From assembly GCA_964578585.1 (NCBI GenBank), contig CAZODM010000002.1, positions 540-64,539 of the forward strand: a stretch of 64,000 nucleotides of DNA, in the 5' to 3' direction. Below the pieces are notes generated by a model. The model had not been told where the DNA came from, made no database searches, and worked only from the letters and a program-made list of their open reading frames with translations. Shown here piece by piece: positions 9,456 through 17,949 of this stretch. The DNA comes from an uncultured Desulfobacterales bacterium (GTDB lineage Bacteria; Desulfobacterota; Dissulfuribacteria; Dissulfuribacterales; JAMONC01). Positions within the stretch are counted from its first letter, which is position 1, and every line of letters starts with the position of its first letter. Made by a program: the position numbers and the translations under genes.

Positions 9456-10682
9456 ATGATTATAAAGAGATTTGAAGCACAAAATATGACAAAAGCCCTT
9501 GAGGACGTAAAGGCAGTCCTGGGTGAAGAGGCTGTCATTCTTCATACTAAAAGGCGTCAAAAAAAGGATGTAGAGGGCAAGATAAGAACTTATGTAGAGG
9601 TAATGGCTGCTGTTGATCCTGACAGAGGGTTAGAGTCAACAGGAGGTGATTCTCTACCCAGTTCTAATAGGCAAAGTCAACAGGGTAATAAAGATATAAA
9701 CATAAATGAGTTAGCAGAGCAGATAAATGGGCTTAAAAGACTTGTTGAGAACCTAGCAGTATCTTTTTCCACTTTAGGAAACAGCAATGGTTTTTATTCT
9801 GATAATAAAGAGGACTTAGCGCTAACTTTGTTAGAGTCTGTGCTTAACTCATTGGGGATCCCAAGAGAGGTAAAAAGACGTATAGCAATTTCATATCTGT
9901 CTACATACAAATTAGGTCAAAAGATAGATAGAACAACCATAATCAGGTGGCTTTATTCATATGGACTTTCTTTGGTAAAAACTATAGATGAAGAGCAATA
10001 TAATCCCCCAATGTGGTGGGCATTTGTAGGTCCTACTGGTGTTGGAAAGACTACAACTTTAGCCAAACTAGCTGCCAATTTAGTTCTAAAAAAGGGGAAA
10101 AGAGGGCTTTTAGTCTCAACAGATACATATAGACTAGCTGGTATAGATCAACTGAGGCGATATGCAAAACTTATAGATATTCCCTTTGAAGTAGCACAGG
10201 ATCCTATAGATCTTGTTAGGATATTTTCTGCTAATAAGGATAAAGATTTTATATTTGTAGACACTACAGGAAGAAGCCCTTGGGACAAAAGACATAGAGA
10301 AGAGTTAAGCAGGTTTTTTGATGCAATATCTGAGCTACGGGCACAAGTACTTCTTTGTGCAACATTAAAGCATGAAGATTTAGTTAGGACTATCACTTTA
10401 TATAAAGACTTACCAACTTCAGGGTGGATATTAAGCAAGATTGATGAGACAAAGAGCTATGGTGTGTTATCTACCCCAGTTTTTGGATTAAGGCTTCCTA
10501 TATCTTATTTGACTACAGGACAGAGGGTTCCAGAAGACATTGAACCTGCAAGTGCAAAGAGGCTTGTGGGTTTAATTTTAGGGAACAATCAATTTGAACA
10601 CAAGCAAGATAGAAAACTGATTGATTCATGTATATATGATCAACCGATAAGAGATATAAAAACAGAAGCGAGGATCTCGTAG
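9456..10682 (+). CDS. flhF: Flagellar SRP-type GTPase FlhF
   Basis: N-terminal MIIKRFEAQNMTKALEDVKAVLGEEAVIL; G1 motif GPTGVGKTTT, then DTYRLAG and DTTGRS. Confidence 0.93.
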   Translation: MIIKRFEAQNMTKALEDVKAVLGEEAVILHTKRRQKKDVEGKIRTYVEVMAAVDPDRGLESTGGDSLPSSNRQSQQGNKDININELAEQINGLKRLVENLAVSFSTLGNSNGFYSDNKEDLALTLLESVLNSLGIPREVKRRIAISYLSTYKLGQKIDRTTIIRWLYSYGLSLVKTIDEEQYNPPMWWAFVGPTGVGKTTTLAKLAANLVLKKGKRGLLVSTDTYRLAGIDQLRRYAKLIDIPFEVAQDPIDLVRIFSANKDKDFIFVDTTGRSPWDKRHREELSRFFDAISELRAQVLLCATLKHEDLVRTITLYKDLPTSGWILSKIDETKSYGVLSTPVFGLRLPISYLTTGQRVPEDIEPASAKRLVGLILGNNQFEHKQDRKLIDSCIYDQPIRDIKTEARIS

Positions 10683-10690
10683 GAGACCTT

Positions 10691-11587
10691 ATGGATCAGG
10701 CGGCAACTCTTAAACAATGGCAACAGATGAAAAAAACAGGCACTCAAGGGGCTATAACCCTTGAAAGAAGGATAGAAAGATGTGGATATCCACGAGTGAT
10801 ATCCTTTACTAGTGGGAAAGGTGGAGTAGGTAAGACCAATGTTGTAGCAAACCTTGCTCTTGCATTTTCAAAATGTGGCAAAAAGGTATTGCTCTTAGAT
10901 GCAGATCTTGGTCTTGCTAACATAGATGTGCTTTTAGGACTTTGTCCAAAATACAATATAAAGCACGTTTTTTCAGGTCAGAGGCGTCTTGATGAGATAA
11001 TAGTTCGAGGACCGGGGGGCATTCTTATTCTTCCTGCAGGATCAGGGGTACCTGATCTTGTAAGCTTAACTGATGCAGATAAGCTATTTTTATTAACAGA
11101 AATGGAGGAATTTGGAGATGATATTGATCTTTTACTAATAGATACTCCAGCAGGTATTTCAGATAATGTTGTTTACTTTAATCTGGCTGCACAGGCAAGG
11201 GTTGTTATCCTTACACCTGAGCCAACATCTATAACAGACGCCTATGCACTTATAAAGGTCTTATTTAGTAGATACCAGGTAAAGTCTTTTTATATTCTCA
11301 TAAACTGGGTCAAGGATGACCAAGAAGCCCAAAAGGTCTTTAAACAACTGGCTGCTGTTGTTGATAGGTTTTTGGGATCGCTGTCCTTAAACTTTTTAGG
11401 ATTTATTCCTCAAGATGAGGCAATCCCAAGAGCAGTTAGACGACAGCGGGCAGTATTAGACCTTTACCCGCAGGCAAAGTCTAGTCGGGTCTTCATGGGT
11501 CTTGCCCAAAGCCTTTTAAAAGAGGGGTATGATGACTATGTGGACGGCAACATCAAATTCTTCTGGAAGCACCTTTTCAGAACCTAA
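10691..11587 (+). CDS. flhG: MinD/ParA-type flagellar number regulator FlhG (FleN/YlxH)
   Basis: Deviant Walker A SGKGGVGKT, then LLLDADLGLANIDV; located downstream of flhF. Confidence 0.92.
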   Translation: MDQAATLKQWQQMKKTGTQGAITLERRIERCGYPRVISFTSGKGGVGKTNVVANLALAFSKCGKKVLLLDADLGLANIDVLLGLCPKYNIKHVFSGQRRLDEIIVRGPGGILILPAGSGVPDLVSLTDADKLFLLTEMEEFGDDIDLLLIDTPAGISDNVVYFNLAAQARVVILTPEPTSITDAYALIKVLFSRYQVKSFYILINWVKDDQEAQKVFKQLAAVVDRFLGSLSLNFLGFIPQDEAIPRAVRRQRAVLDLYPQAKSSRVFMGLAQSLLKEGYDDYVDGNIKFFWKHLFRT

Positions 11588-11600
11588 GATTAAAAGAAAT

Positions 11601-12404
11601 ATGGTAAAAAAACAAACGGCTACACTTAAAGATTATACACAGAAGTTCTTTAAGGAAGGGCAAAAGCTTACAAAGGACAAAAGAGAAGAACTTATTATCA
11701 AGTACTTACCTCTTATTAAGTATGTGGCAGGAAGGCTTGCAATGAGGCTTCCACCCCATATCTCTGTAGATGATCTTATAAGTTCTGGGGTGCTTGGTTT
11801 AATGGATGCAATAGAAAAATTTGATCCTTCTAAAAAGATCCAATTTAAGACCTATGCAGAGTTTAGGATAAGGGGGGCAATGCTTGATGAGCTTAGGTCT
11901 TTAGATTGGGTCCCTAGGTCAGTTAGAAAAAAGGCTACAGAGCTTGAGCAAGTCTATAGAGATTTAGAAAAAAAGCTTGGAAGACCCGCTGAAGATGAAG
12001 AAGTTGCTGAGGCAATGGGGATTAGCCTGCAAGAATTCTATGAGCTTTTAGATAAGACGAAGAATGTAACATTTTTAGACATAGAGGTTATTAGACGTCA
12101 TATGCCAGATAGTAATGAAGACGACATATTTGATCTTATTGCAGATGATGAAGAGATAGACCCCTTTCATCAACTTAATATGATAGAAGTAAAGGAGATT
12201 TTGACAAAGGCTATTAAAGAGCTTCCAGAAAAGGAGAAGCTTATAATCTCACTGTACTATTATGAAGAGCTTACAATGAGAGAGATTGGAGAGATAATGG
12301 GCTATACAGAATCTAGAATTTCTCAGATGCATACAAAGGCAATGCTTAGATTAAGGGCAAAGCTTGCTCCAATAGCAGAGAAGTTAAATGGAGCACTATT
12401 GTAG
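11601..12404 (+). CDS. fliA: Flagellar sigma factor FliA (sigma-28)
   Basis: Sigma-70 regions 2-4 (FKTYAEFRIRGAMLDELR; YYYEELTMREIGEIMGYTESRISQMHTKAMLRLR). ATG 11601 lies just after the flhG stop; the track start 11529 overlaps flhG. Confidence 0.9.
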   Translation: MVKKQTATLKDYTQKFFKEGQKLTKDKREELIIKYLPLIKYVAGRLAMRLPPHISVDDLISSGVLGLMDAIEKFDPSKKIQFKTYAEFRIRGAMLDELRSLDWVPRSVRKKATELEQVYRDLEKKLGRPAEDEEVAEAMGISLQEFYELLDKTKNVTFLDIEVIRRHMPDSNEDDIFDLIADDEEIDPFHQLNMIEVKEILTKAIKELPEKEKLIISLYYYEELTMREIGEIMGYTESRISQMHTKAMLRLRAKLAPIAEKLNGALL

Positions 12405-12429
12405 GTATGATTTTTTTGATATCTGTGCT

Positions 12430-12456
12430 TAAAAGATAAGGCCATCTTTCCGATAA
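12430..12456 (+). promoter_or_regulatory. sigma-28 (FliA)-type promoter upstream of cheY
   Basis: TAAA-N15-tCCGATAA (TAAA at 12430-12433, CCGATAA at 12450-12456) against the consensus TAAA-N15-GCCGATAA. It lies 44 nt upstream of the cheY ATG. Confidence 0.6.
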
Positions 12457-12499
12457 GTCTGACACAGGAGAAAACAGAATCTAAACTAAGGAGGCACAG

Positions 12500-12883
12500 A
12501 TGGCCATTGACTACAACATGAAGATATTGATTGTGGACGATTTTGCTACTATGAGACGAATTGTTAAAAATATTTTGACACAGCTTGGTTTTAAAAATTT
12601 TATTGAAGCAGATGATGGTTCTGTTGCATGGGAAATTTTACAGAAGGAACCTGTTGATTTTATTGTATCAGATTGGAATATGCCCAAGATGACAGGTATT
12701 GAGCTTCTTAAAAAGGTTAGAGCAAGTGATAAATTTAAAGATATTCCTTTTTTGATGGTTACTGCAGAGGCACAAAAGGACAATATTATTGAGGCAGTCA
12801 AGGCAAAGGTAAGCAATTATATTGTAAAACCTTTCACACCAGAGGTCTTAAGTGAAAAGATTAATAAGATCTTTGGTGGATAA
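12500..12883 (+). CDS. cheY: Chemotaxis response regulator CheY
   Basis: 127-aa single receiver domain with all canonical residues (LIVDDF, VSDWNMP, MVTAEA, YIVKPF). Confidence 0.95.
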   Translation: MAIDYNMKILIVDDFATMRRIVKNILTQLGFKNFIEADDGSVAWEILQKEPVDFIVSDWNMPKMTGIELLKKVRASDKFKDIPFLMVTAEAQKDNIIEAVKAKVSNYIVKPFTPEVLSEKINKIFGG

Positions 12884-12900
12884 TAAAAGCCTATGTCTAT

Positions 12901-14289
12901 ATGGATAAAGAACAAGAAACTAAAGAAACTTTAGAAGAAAGAGGCAGTCTTAATGAAACTCAGGTGAAAGAGGGAGAGGATCAACAAAAGGAAGAATCTC
13001 AAGATTTAGATAAAGAATTAGAAGAAGATTTACCCCAAGATACTAATAAAACTAACGATAAAGTTCAGAATAATAGCCAGCCAAAAGAAGACCATCAAGA
13101 AGATACAGCTCAAGATACAGATACAATAGAAGTATCTGAAGATTCTTCATCAAAAGAGGAATCTTTAGGATCAAAAGACAGTGAAAAAGAAAAGACTTTG
13201 GAAGAAGCTATAGAAGATAGTGGTAAAGAGCCAGATTCTAAAAATGAGTCAGAAGAGCTCCCAGATAATTTAGAAAAGAAACCAGAAGATAATCTAGATA
13301 CTAATAAAGAAGTTAGTGACCAAAATATTACTGATTCTAAAGAGAAAAAAGAAGGTAAAAGTGATGAAAAAAAGGAAGAAACTCCAGAGAATAAGGAGTC
13401 TACTTTAGATAAAAAAGATGATATCCAAAAGGATGAAGATGAAAACCTATTTGATGCTATTTCAGATGATGAGCTTTGGGATACAGAAAGTAGCATTGAT
13501 GATTTAGACTTAGATATATTTGAAGATAACGATGAAGGATCAAATGATTCCTCTAAAAAGGAGGAGGCTGTAACTTTAGAAAGAGATAAGGGCTTAGAGA
13601 AGGATAAAAAGCAAACAGATACTAATTTAGAAGAAGAAAAGAAAGATAAGCTAGAAGAAAAACAATCTGTAAAAACGGATGAAGATAAAGATAAAGAAGA
13701 AACCAAAAAGATTAGATTAGAGTTTCATCTGCCACCTATAAAAACATTGATATTTTGGGGTATAGTAGGTATAGAGTTATTATTTATAATAGTTGGTTTT
13801 TTTACAATATATGGACTTACTGCACCTTATCTTAAGACTTCCAAACATATTAATGATAAGGCTATAGTAACCAAAAAACTTCAACCCCCCATTAAAAAGT
13901 CTTCAAGAGCTAAGAATGTAAAGGCTTCCATAAGCTATCCTTTTGATAAAAATAAGACAAAACTTCCATCTTCAGCGAAAGTACTAGGGACAGCTATAAT
14001 TAGTTTACAACCATTTTACATACCTGTTGTATATGAAGGAGATGTTGTATTTTTAAAACTTCATGCAACGCTAACTGTCTCTGATCCATCAACAAAGGCT
14101 ATCTTAGAACACAGGCTATCTCTTATAAGAAACATTATATATGAGAACTTAAAGGGCATTGTTATAGATCCAAATGAGAGAGGAAATTTCCTTTTAAAAT
14201 ATTGTAGTCCTTTAAAAAAAGCCCTTAATAAACAACTTGCTCCTTATAAGGTTACAGATATAACCCTTATGGGGTTTATTTTAAGATAA
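12901..14289 (+). CDS. FliL-like membrane protein with a ~280-aa polyacidic N-terminal extension
   Basis: 462 aa. The D/E/K/S-rich low-complexity N-region is followed by one TM helix (LIFWGIVGIELLFIIVGFFTIYGL). The C-domain shows the FliL pattern (FYIPVVYEGDVVFLKLHATLTVSD...LIRNIIYENL...VTDITLMGFILR), which parallels the fliL product at 1630. Confidence 0.7.
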   Translation: MDKEQETKETLEERGSLNETQVKEGEDQQKEESQDLDKELEEDLPQDTNKTNDKVQNNSQPKEDHQEDTAQDTDTIEVSEDSSSKEESLGSKDSEKEKTLEEAIEDSGKEPDSKNESEELPDNLEKKPEDNLDTNKEVSDQNITDSKEKKEGKSDEKKEETPENKESTLDKKDDIQKDEDENLFDAISDDELWDTESSIDDLDLDIFEDNDEGSNDSSKKEEAVTLERDKGLEKDKKQTDTNLEEEKKDKLEEKQSVKTDEDKDKEETKKIRLEFHLPPIKTLIFWGIVGIELLFIIVGFFTIYGLTAPYLKTSKHINDKAIVTKKLQPPIKKSSRAKNVKASISYPFDKNKTKLPSSAKVLGTAIISLQPFYIPVVYEGDVVFLKLHATLTVSDPSTKAILEHRLSLIRNIIYENLKGIVIDPNERGNFLLKYCSPLKKALNKQLAPYKVTDITLMGFILR

Positions 14290-14343
14290 TTTAAAGGAGG
14301 ATAAATATGAATATTTTAAAATACAGTATGGAGGTAATATGTT

Positions 14344-14640
14344 ATGGATCGCTATGGTGTAGAGGGAGTCCAGTTGGTTTCTACCCAACCTATAGGGTTA
14401 CAGGTAAATAGACGTCAAAGACAAGATAAAGAAGATAGACGTCACAACAGAGATAAAGGAGGACAAAAGGATAAAAAAAACAAGGATAGTCTTAAATTGA
14501 AAGATCAAGTAACTTTAATGTTAAAACCTTCTAAAAGGCCTATGTTAGAGGCTCCCTTAAGGAGATTAGCCTTGCAAGAAAATAGTAAAACAAGTATTAG
14601 AGAGGGGCCTAAGAAAAAGAAGATAGATATAAAGGTATAA
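14344..14640 (+). CDS. Hypothetical highly basic small protein
   Basis: 98-aa ORF, K/R/Q-rich (NRRQRQDKEDRRHNRDKGGQKDKKNKD), with GGAGG 9 nt upstream. No recognisable family. A competing 34-codon ORF (14307-14411) has an even better SD. Confidence 0.4.
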   Translation: MDRYGVEGVQLVSTQPIGLQVNRRQRQDKEDRRHNRDKGGQKDKKNKDSLKLKDQVTLMLKPSKRPMLEAPLRRLALQENSKTSIREGPKKKKIDIKV

Positions 14641-14659
14641 GGGAAAATAAAAAATACTT

Positions 14660-15067
14660 ATGAGTCTAAATTCTTCTAGTTTAATCATACTACAGCTATT
14701 TCTAGATGTAGTATTAATAGGATTATTTTTTTTAGTTTACATGAGGCTAAGATCTCTTAGACCTCAAAGGATAGAGGCCTTTTTAAAGGCATTAAAAGAA
14801 AGTGAAGAACTTACAGAAAAACTCAATAAACTTATTGAAGAAAAAAAGACTTTAGTTCAAGATTTAGAGCAAATATTAAATCCTAGAGTAACTACTAATG
14901 GTTCAGGAAAAGACTGTGAGCCCACCTTACAGGCAGATCAGCTTATTCATTCAAAGGTGATATCGCTTTGGAAACAGGGGAAGAACAATAAAGAGATATC
15001 TAAAGAAACCGGCTTATCCCTTGGAGAAATAGAGGTTATTATTTCTATTTTTAAGAATAAATCATAA
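14660..15067 (+). CDS. Membrane-anchored coiled-coil protein with a short C-terminal HTH-like segment (DUF2802-like)
   Basis: 135 aa: N-terminal TM helix, coiled-coil region (LKALKESEELTEKLNKLIEEKKTLVQDLEQ) and C-terminal KEISKETGLSLGEIEVIISIF. The family assignment is tentative. Confidence 0.5.
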   Translation: MSLNSSSLIILQLFLDVVLIGLFFLVYMRLRSLRPQRIEAFLKALKESEELTEKLNKLIEEKKTLVQDLEQILNPRVTTNGSGKDCEPTLQADQLIHSKVISLWKQGKNNKEISKETGLSLGEIEVIISIFKNKS

Positions 15068-15259
15068 AAAACATAAAAAATTTGTTTCTTTCTTTTATGT
15101 AAGCTTAAAATTTTTAATTTTTATTTTTTGTCTTAGGAAAAAGATTTTAAAAGAATTAAAAACTTTTTCTTTTAAAAAGAAAAAAATAGATTATTTTTAT
15201 TCACTTAATAGTTCAATAAAGTATTTAATACGGAATAACTATTAGGAAGGGAAAATATT

Positions 15260-16384
15260 ATGCAGTTTGTAGATCTTAAAAGACAATACAATGCCTATAA
15301 ACAAGAAATAGATATAGCAATAGCAAATGTTATAAATAGTGCTCGTTTTGTTATGGGACCAGAAATAGAAGAATTAGAAACTAAGTTAGCAGAATTTGTG
15401 GGAACATCTCATGCAATTGGAGTAAGTTCTGGTACGGATGCCCTTCTGCTTTCTTTAATGGCTCTTGATATAAAACCTAAAGATGAAGTCATAACCACCC
15501 CTTTTAGTTTTATTGCAACTGCTGAAGTTATAGTATTTTTAAAAGCACGTCCTATATTTGTAGATATTGATCCTGTAACTTTCAATATAGATGCTAATCT
15601 AATAGAAGAAACAATAAAGGCAAGACTTAAACAAGGAGCCAATATCAAAGCCATATTACCCGTTAGTCTTTTTGGACAATGTGCAGATATGGATGAAATA
15701 AATAGAATAGGCTCTGCTTATAATATAAAAGTTATAGAAGATGGCTGTCAGTCATTTGGAGCAGTATATATGGGTGCTATGTCTTGTGGACTTTCAGACA
15801 TAGGAGTTACTTCATTCTTTCCTTCTAAACCTCTAGGATGTTATGGTGATGGTGGAATGGTATTTACTAATGATCACTATCTATATGAACGAATTAAAAG
15901 GCTTAGAAATCATGGACAAAGTGTAAAGTATAAACACCACGAAATCGGGTTAAATGCTAGATTAGATACTATTCAAGCTGCTGTATTATTAGCTAAGTTT
16001 CCCCATTTTTTAGAAGAGTTAGAAAAAAGAGTAACTGTTGCAAATATATATACACAACTTATTGAAAATCGTTTAAAGGATAAAGTACTTCCTCCTATAG
16101 TTCCTGAACATCAAACTAGTGTTTTTGCACAATATACAATAAGAATTTTAGATAATAAGAGGGATCAAGTACTAAAGAGCCTACAAAAAAATCAAATACC
16201 TTATGCAATTCACTATCCAGTGCCCCTGCACATGCAACCTTCTATGGAGGCTCTTGGTTATAAAAAAGGCGATTTCCCTATAGCAGAACAAGCAAGTAAG
16301 GAAGTTTTATCCTTACCAATGCATCCTTTCTTAACTATTGAGGAACAAGAAAAAATAATAGATGCTATTAGTAATGCATATTAA
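15260..16384 (+). CDS. DegT/DnrJ/EryC1/StrS-family PLP-dependent sugar aminotransferase
   Basis: 374 aa with typical blocks (GPEIEELETKLAEFVGTSHAIGVSSGTDALLLSL; FPSKPLGCYGDGGMVFTND; RNHGQ). Confidence 0.9.
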   Translation: MQFVDLKRQYNAYKQEIDIAIANVINSARFVMGPEIEELETKLAEFVGTSHAIGVSSGTDALLLSLMALDIKPKDEVITTPFSFIATAEVIVFLKARPIFVDIDPVTFNIDANLIEETIKARLKQGANIKAILPVSLFGQCADMDEINRIGSAYNIKVIEDGCQSFGAVYMGAMSCGLSDIGVTSFFPSKPLGCYGDGGMVFTNDHYLYERIKRLRNHGQSVKYKHHEIGLNARLDTIQAAVLLAKFPHFLEELEKRVTVANIYTQLIENRLKDKVLPPIVPEHQTSVFAQYTIRILDNKRDQVLKSLQKNQIPYAIHYPVPLHMQPSMEALGYKKGDFPIAEQASKEVLSLPMHPFLTIEEQEKIIDAISNAY

Positions 16385-16586
16385 AATTATATTTTTAAAG
16401 GATAAAATTTTTTGGTAATTTTTTATTTCATTCCGGAGTGTCTATTCAGTTATGTAAATAAAAACAGCCAAGCAAGGAGTGTGGATACATGACTAAAGCC
16501 AAGAAAACCGCCAAACCATAAAAAGTAAAGGACACTAATAACTACTATATGGATACTTCCAAGTAAAATGAAAAAATTACTTTTTC

Positions 16587-17945
16587 TTATAATAATTTTT
16601 TTAGCTCTTTTATATGTTTTATAAAAATAAGTTCTGTATTTTGAGAAGCCTTTAACCCTTTTGACCCTGCAGATGGTAAGATTATCCTTTTTATCCCCCT
16701 TCGTGCTGCTTCATCAATCCTAAGTTGGGCTTTCGATAGAGCTCTTACTTCTCCAGTAAGTCCTACCTCCCCAAATATTGCCGTATCTTTTTTGATTGCT
16801 ACATCTTTAAGGCTTGAAATAAGAGCAGCTAATACTGCTAAATCTGCCTCTGTTCCTTGGATTTTTAGCCCACCCACTACATTTATAAACACATCTGCAT
16901 CATAAAATACAATCCTTAAATGTCTTTCTGCTACTGCTAAAAGCATAGCAAGTCTATTTATATCAAAACCAGTTGTAGTTCTTCTTGGCATTGTAAGATG
17001 AGAAGGAGAAACCAGGGCTTGAATCTCAACTAAAATAGGTCTTGTCCCCTGTACCAATGGAAGTATTACAGAACCAGGAACATTGTCCTCTCTTGTGCCC
17101 ATGAGGATTTCTGATGGGTTATCCACTTCTTTTAACCCGGTATCTGTCATCTCAAAGACACCAATTTCAAAGGTAGGGCCAAACCTGTTTTTTATACCTC
17201 TTAGGATTCTAAAGGCATGATATTTTTCACCTTCAAAATATAATACTACATCAACCATGTGTTCTAAGACTCTAGGCCCTGCAATCTCTCCACCTTTTGT
17301 AACATGTCCAACCATTATAACGGGGATATTGTGGTTCTTAGCAATCCTAATAAGTCTAGCTGAACACTCCCTTACTTGACTAATACTTCCTGGAGCAGAA
17401 CTCAATTCTGTAACACTCATAGTTTGGATAGAATCTATTGCTATGATAGAAGGAGAGCGTTCCTTTATAATGGCTTCTATAACCTCTATTTGATTTTCAC
17501 TTACAACCCATAAGCCTTTTGGTATTTTACCTAATCGTATAGCTCTAAGCCTTATTTGCGAGACAGACTCTTCGCCACTTATGTATAAGACATTTCCTAG
17601 CCTTTTTGATAGAGCAAAAAGGAGCTGTAATAATAAAGTAGACTTTCCTACTCCAGGTTCTCCTGCTAAAAGAAGAACACAAGACTTTACAAGTCCGCCA
17701 CCTAAAACTCTATCTAACTCTTTAATCCCTGTTTTAATTCTATCTTGAGTATCACTAGTAATTGAACAGAGCTCCTGAGGTGTATTCTTTACCTCTAGTA
17801 GTGAACTATTGGTAGATAAAGAAGGCTTAGATATAACTTCTTCTATAAGGCTATTCCAACTACCACATTCTGGGCATTTACCCAACCACTTAGGGGATTT
17901 ATAGCCACAACTTTGACATATATAAATAGTTTTTAATCTTCCCAA
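16587..17945 (-). CDS. radA: DNA repair protein RadA/Sms
   Basis: N-terminal zinc finger (YICQSCGYKSPKWLGKCPECGSWNS), Walker A GEPGVGKST, KNRFG motif and a Lon-like C-domain. Confidence 0.95.
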   Translation of the reverse strand: MGRLKTIYICQSCGYKSPKWLGKCPECGSWNSLIEEVISKPSLSTNSSLLEVKNTPQELCSITSDTQDRIKTGIKELDRVLGGGLVKSCVLLLAGEPGVGKSTLLLQLLFALSKRLGNVLYISGEESVSQIRLRAIRLGKIPKGLWVVSENQIEVIEAIIKERSPSIIAIDSIQTMSVTELSSAPGSISQVRECSARLIRIAKNHNIPVIMVGHVTKGGEIAGPRVLEHMVDVVLYFEGEKYHAFRILRGIKNRFGPTFEIGVFEMTDTGLKEVDNPSEILMGTREDNVPGSVILPLVQGTRPILVEIQALVSPSHLTMPRRTTTGFDINRLAMLLAVAERHLRIVFYDADVFINVVGGLKIQGTEADLAVLAALISSLKDVAIKKDTAIFGEVGLTGEVRALSKAQLRIDEAARRGIKRIILPSAGSKGLKASQNTELIFIKHIKELKKLL

Positions 17946-17949
17946 CTTT

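Noticed and set aside
13110-13706. A 198-aa Ser-rich ORF on the minus strand.
   Set aside because: It is a shadow ORF antisense to the GAA/GAT/AAA-rich polyacidic region of the FliL-like gene. Its low-complexity Ser/Phe composition is the mirror image of Glu/Lys codons.
15068-15259. AT-only inverted repeats (for example ttttaaaagaa-N11-ttcttttaaaa and acataaaa-N14-ttttatgt) upstream of the DegT-type gene.
   Set aside because: The stems are purely A/T with long loops, so stability is negligible, and such repeats are expected by chance in 10-15% GC spacer DNA. They are not credible as terminators or operators without further evidence.
16489-16521. A 10-codon ORF (MTKAKKTAKP) with AAGGAG 9 nt upstream in the DegT/radA convergent gap.
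   Set aside because: It is too short to evaluate and has no downstream gene to regulate, because both flanking genes converge on it. It sits next to the small repeat fragment and is most simply a chance ORF.
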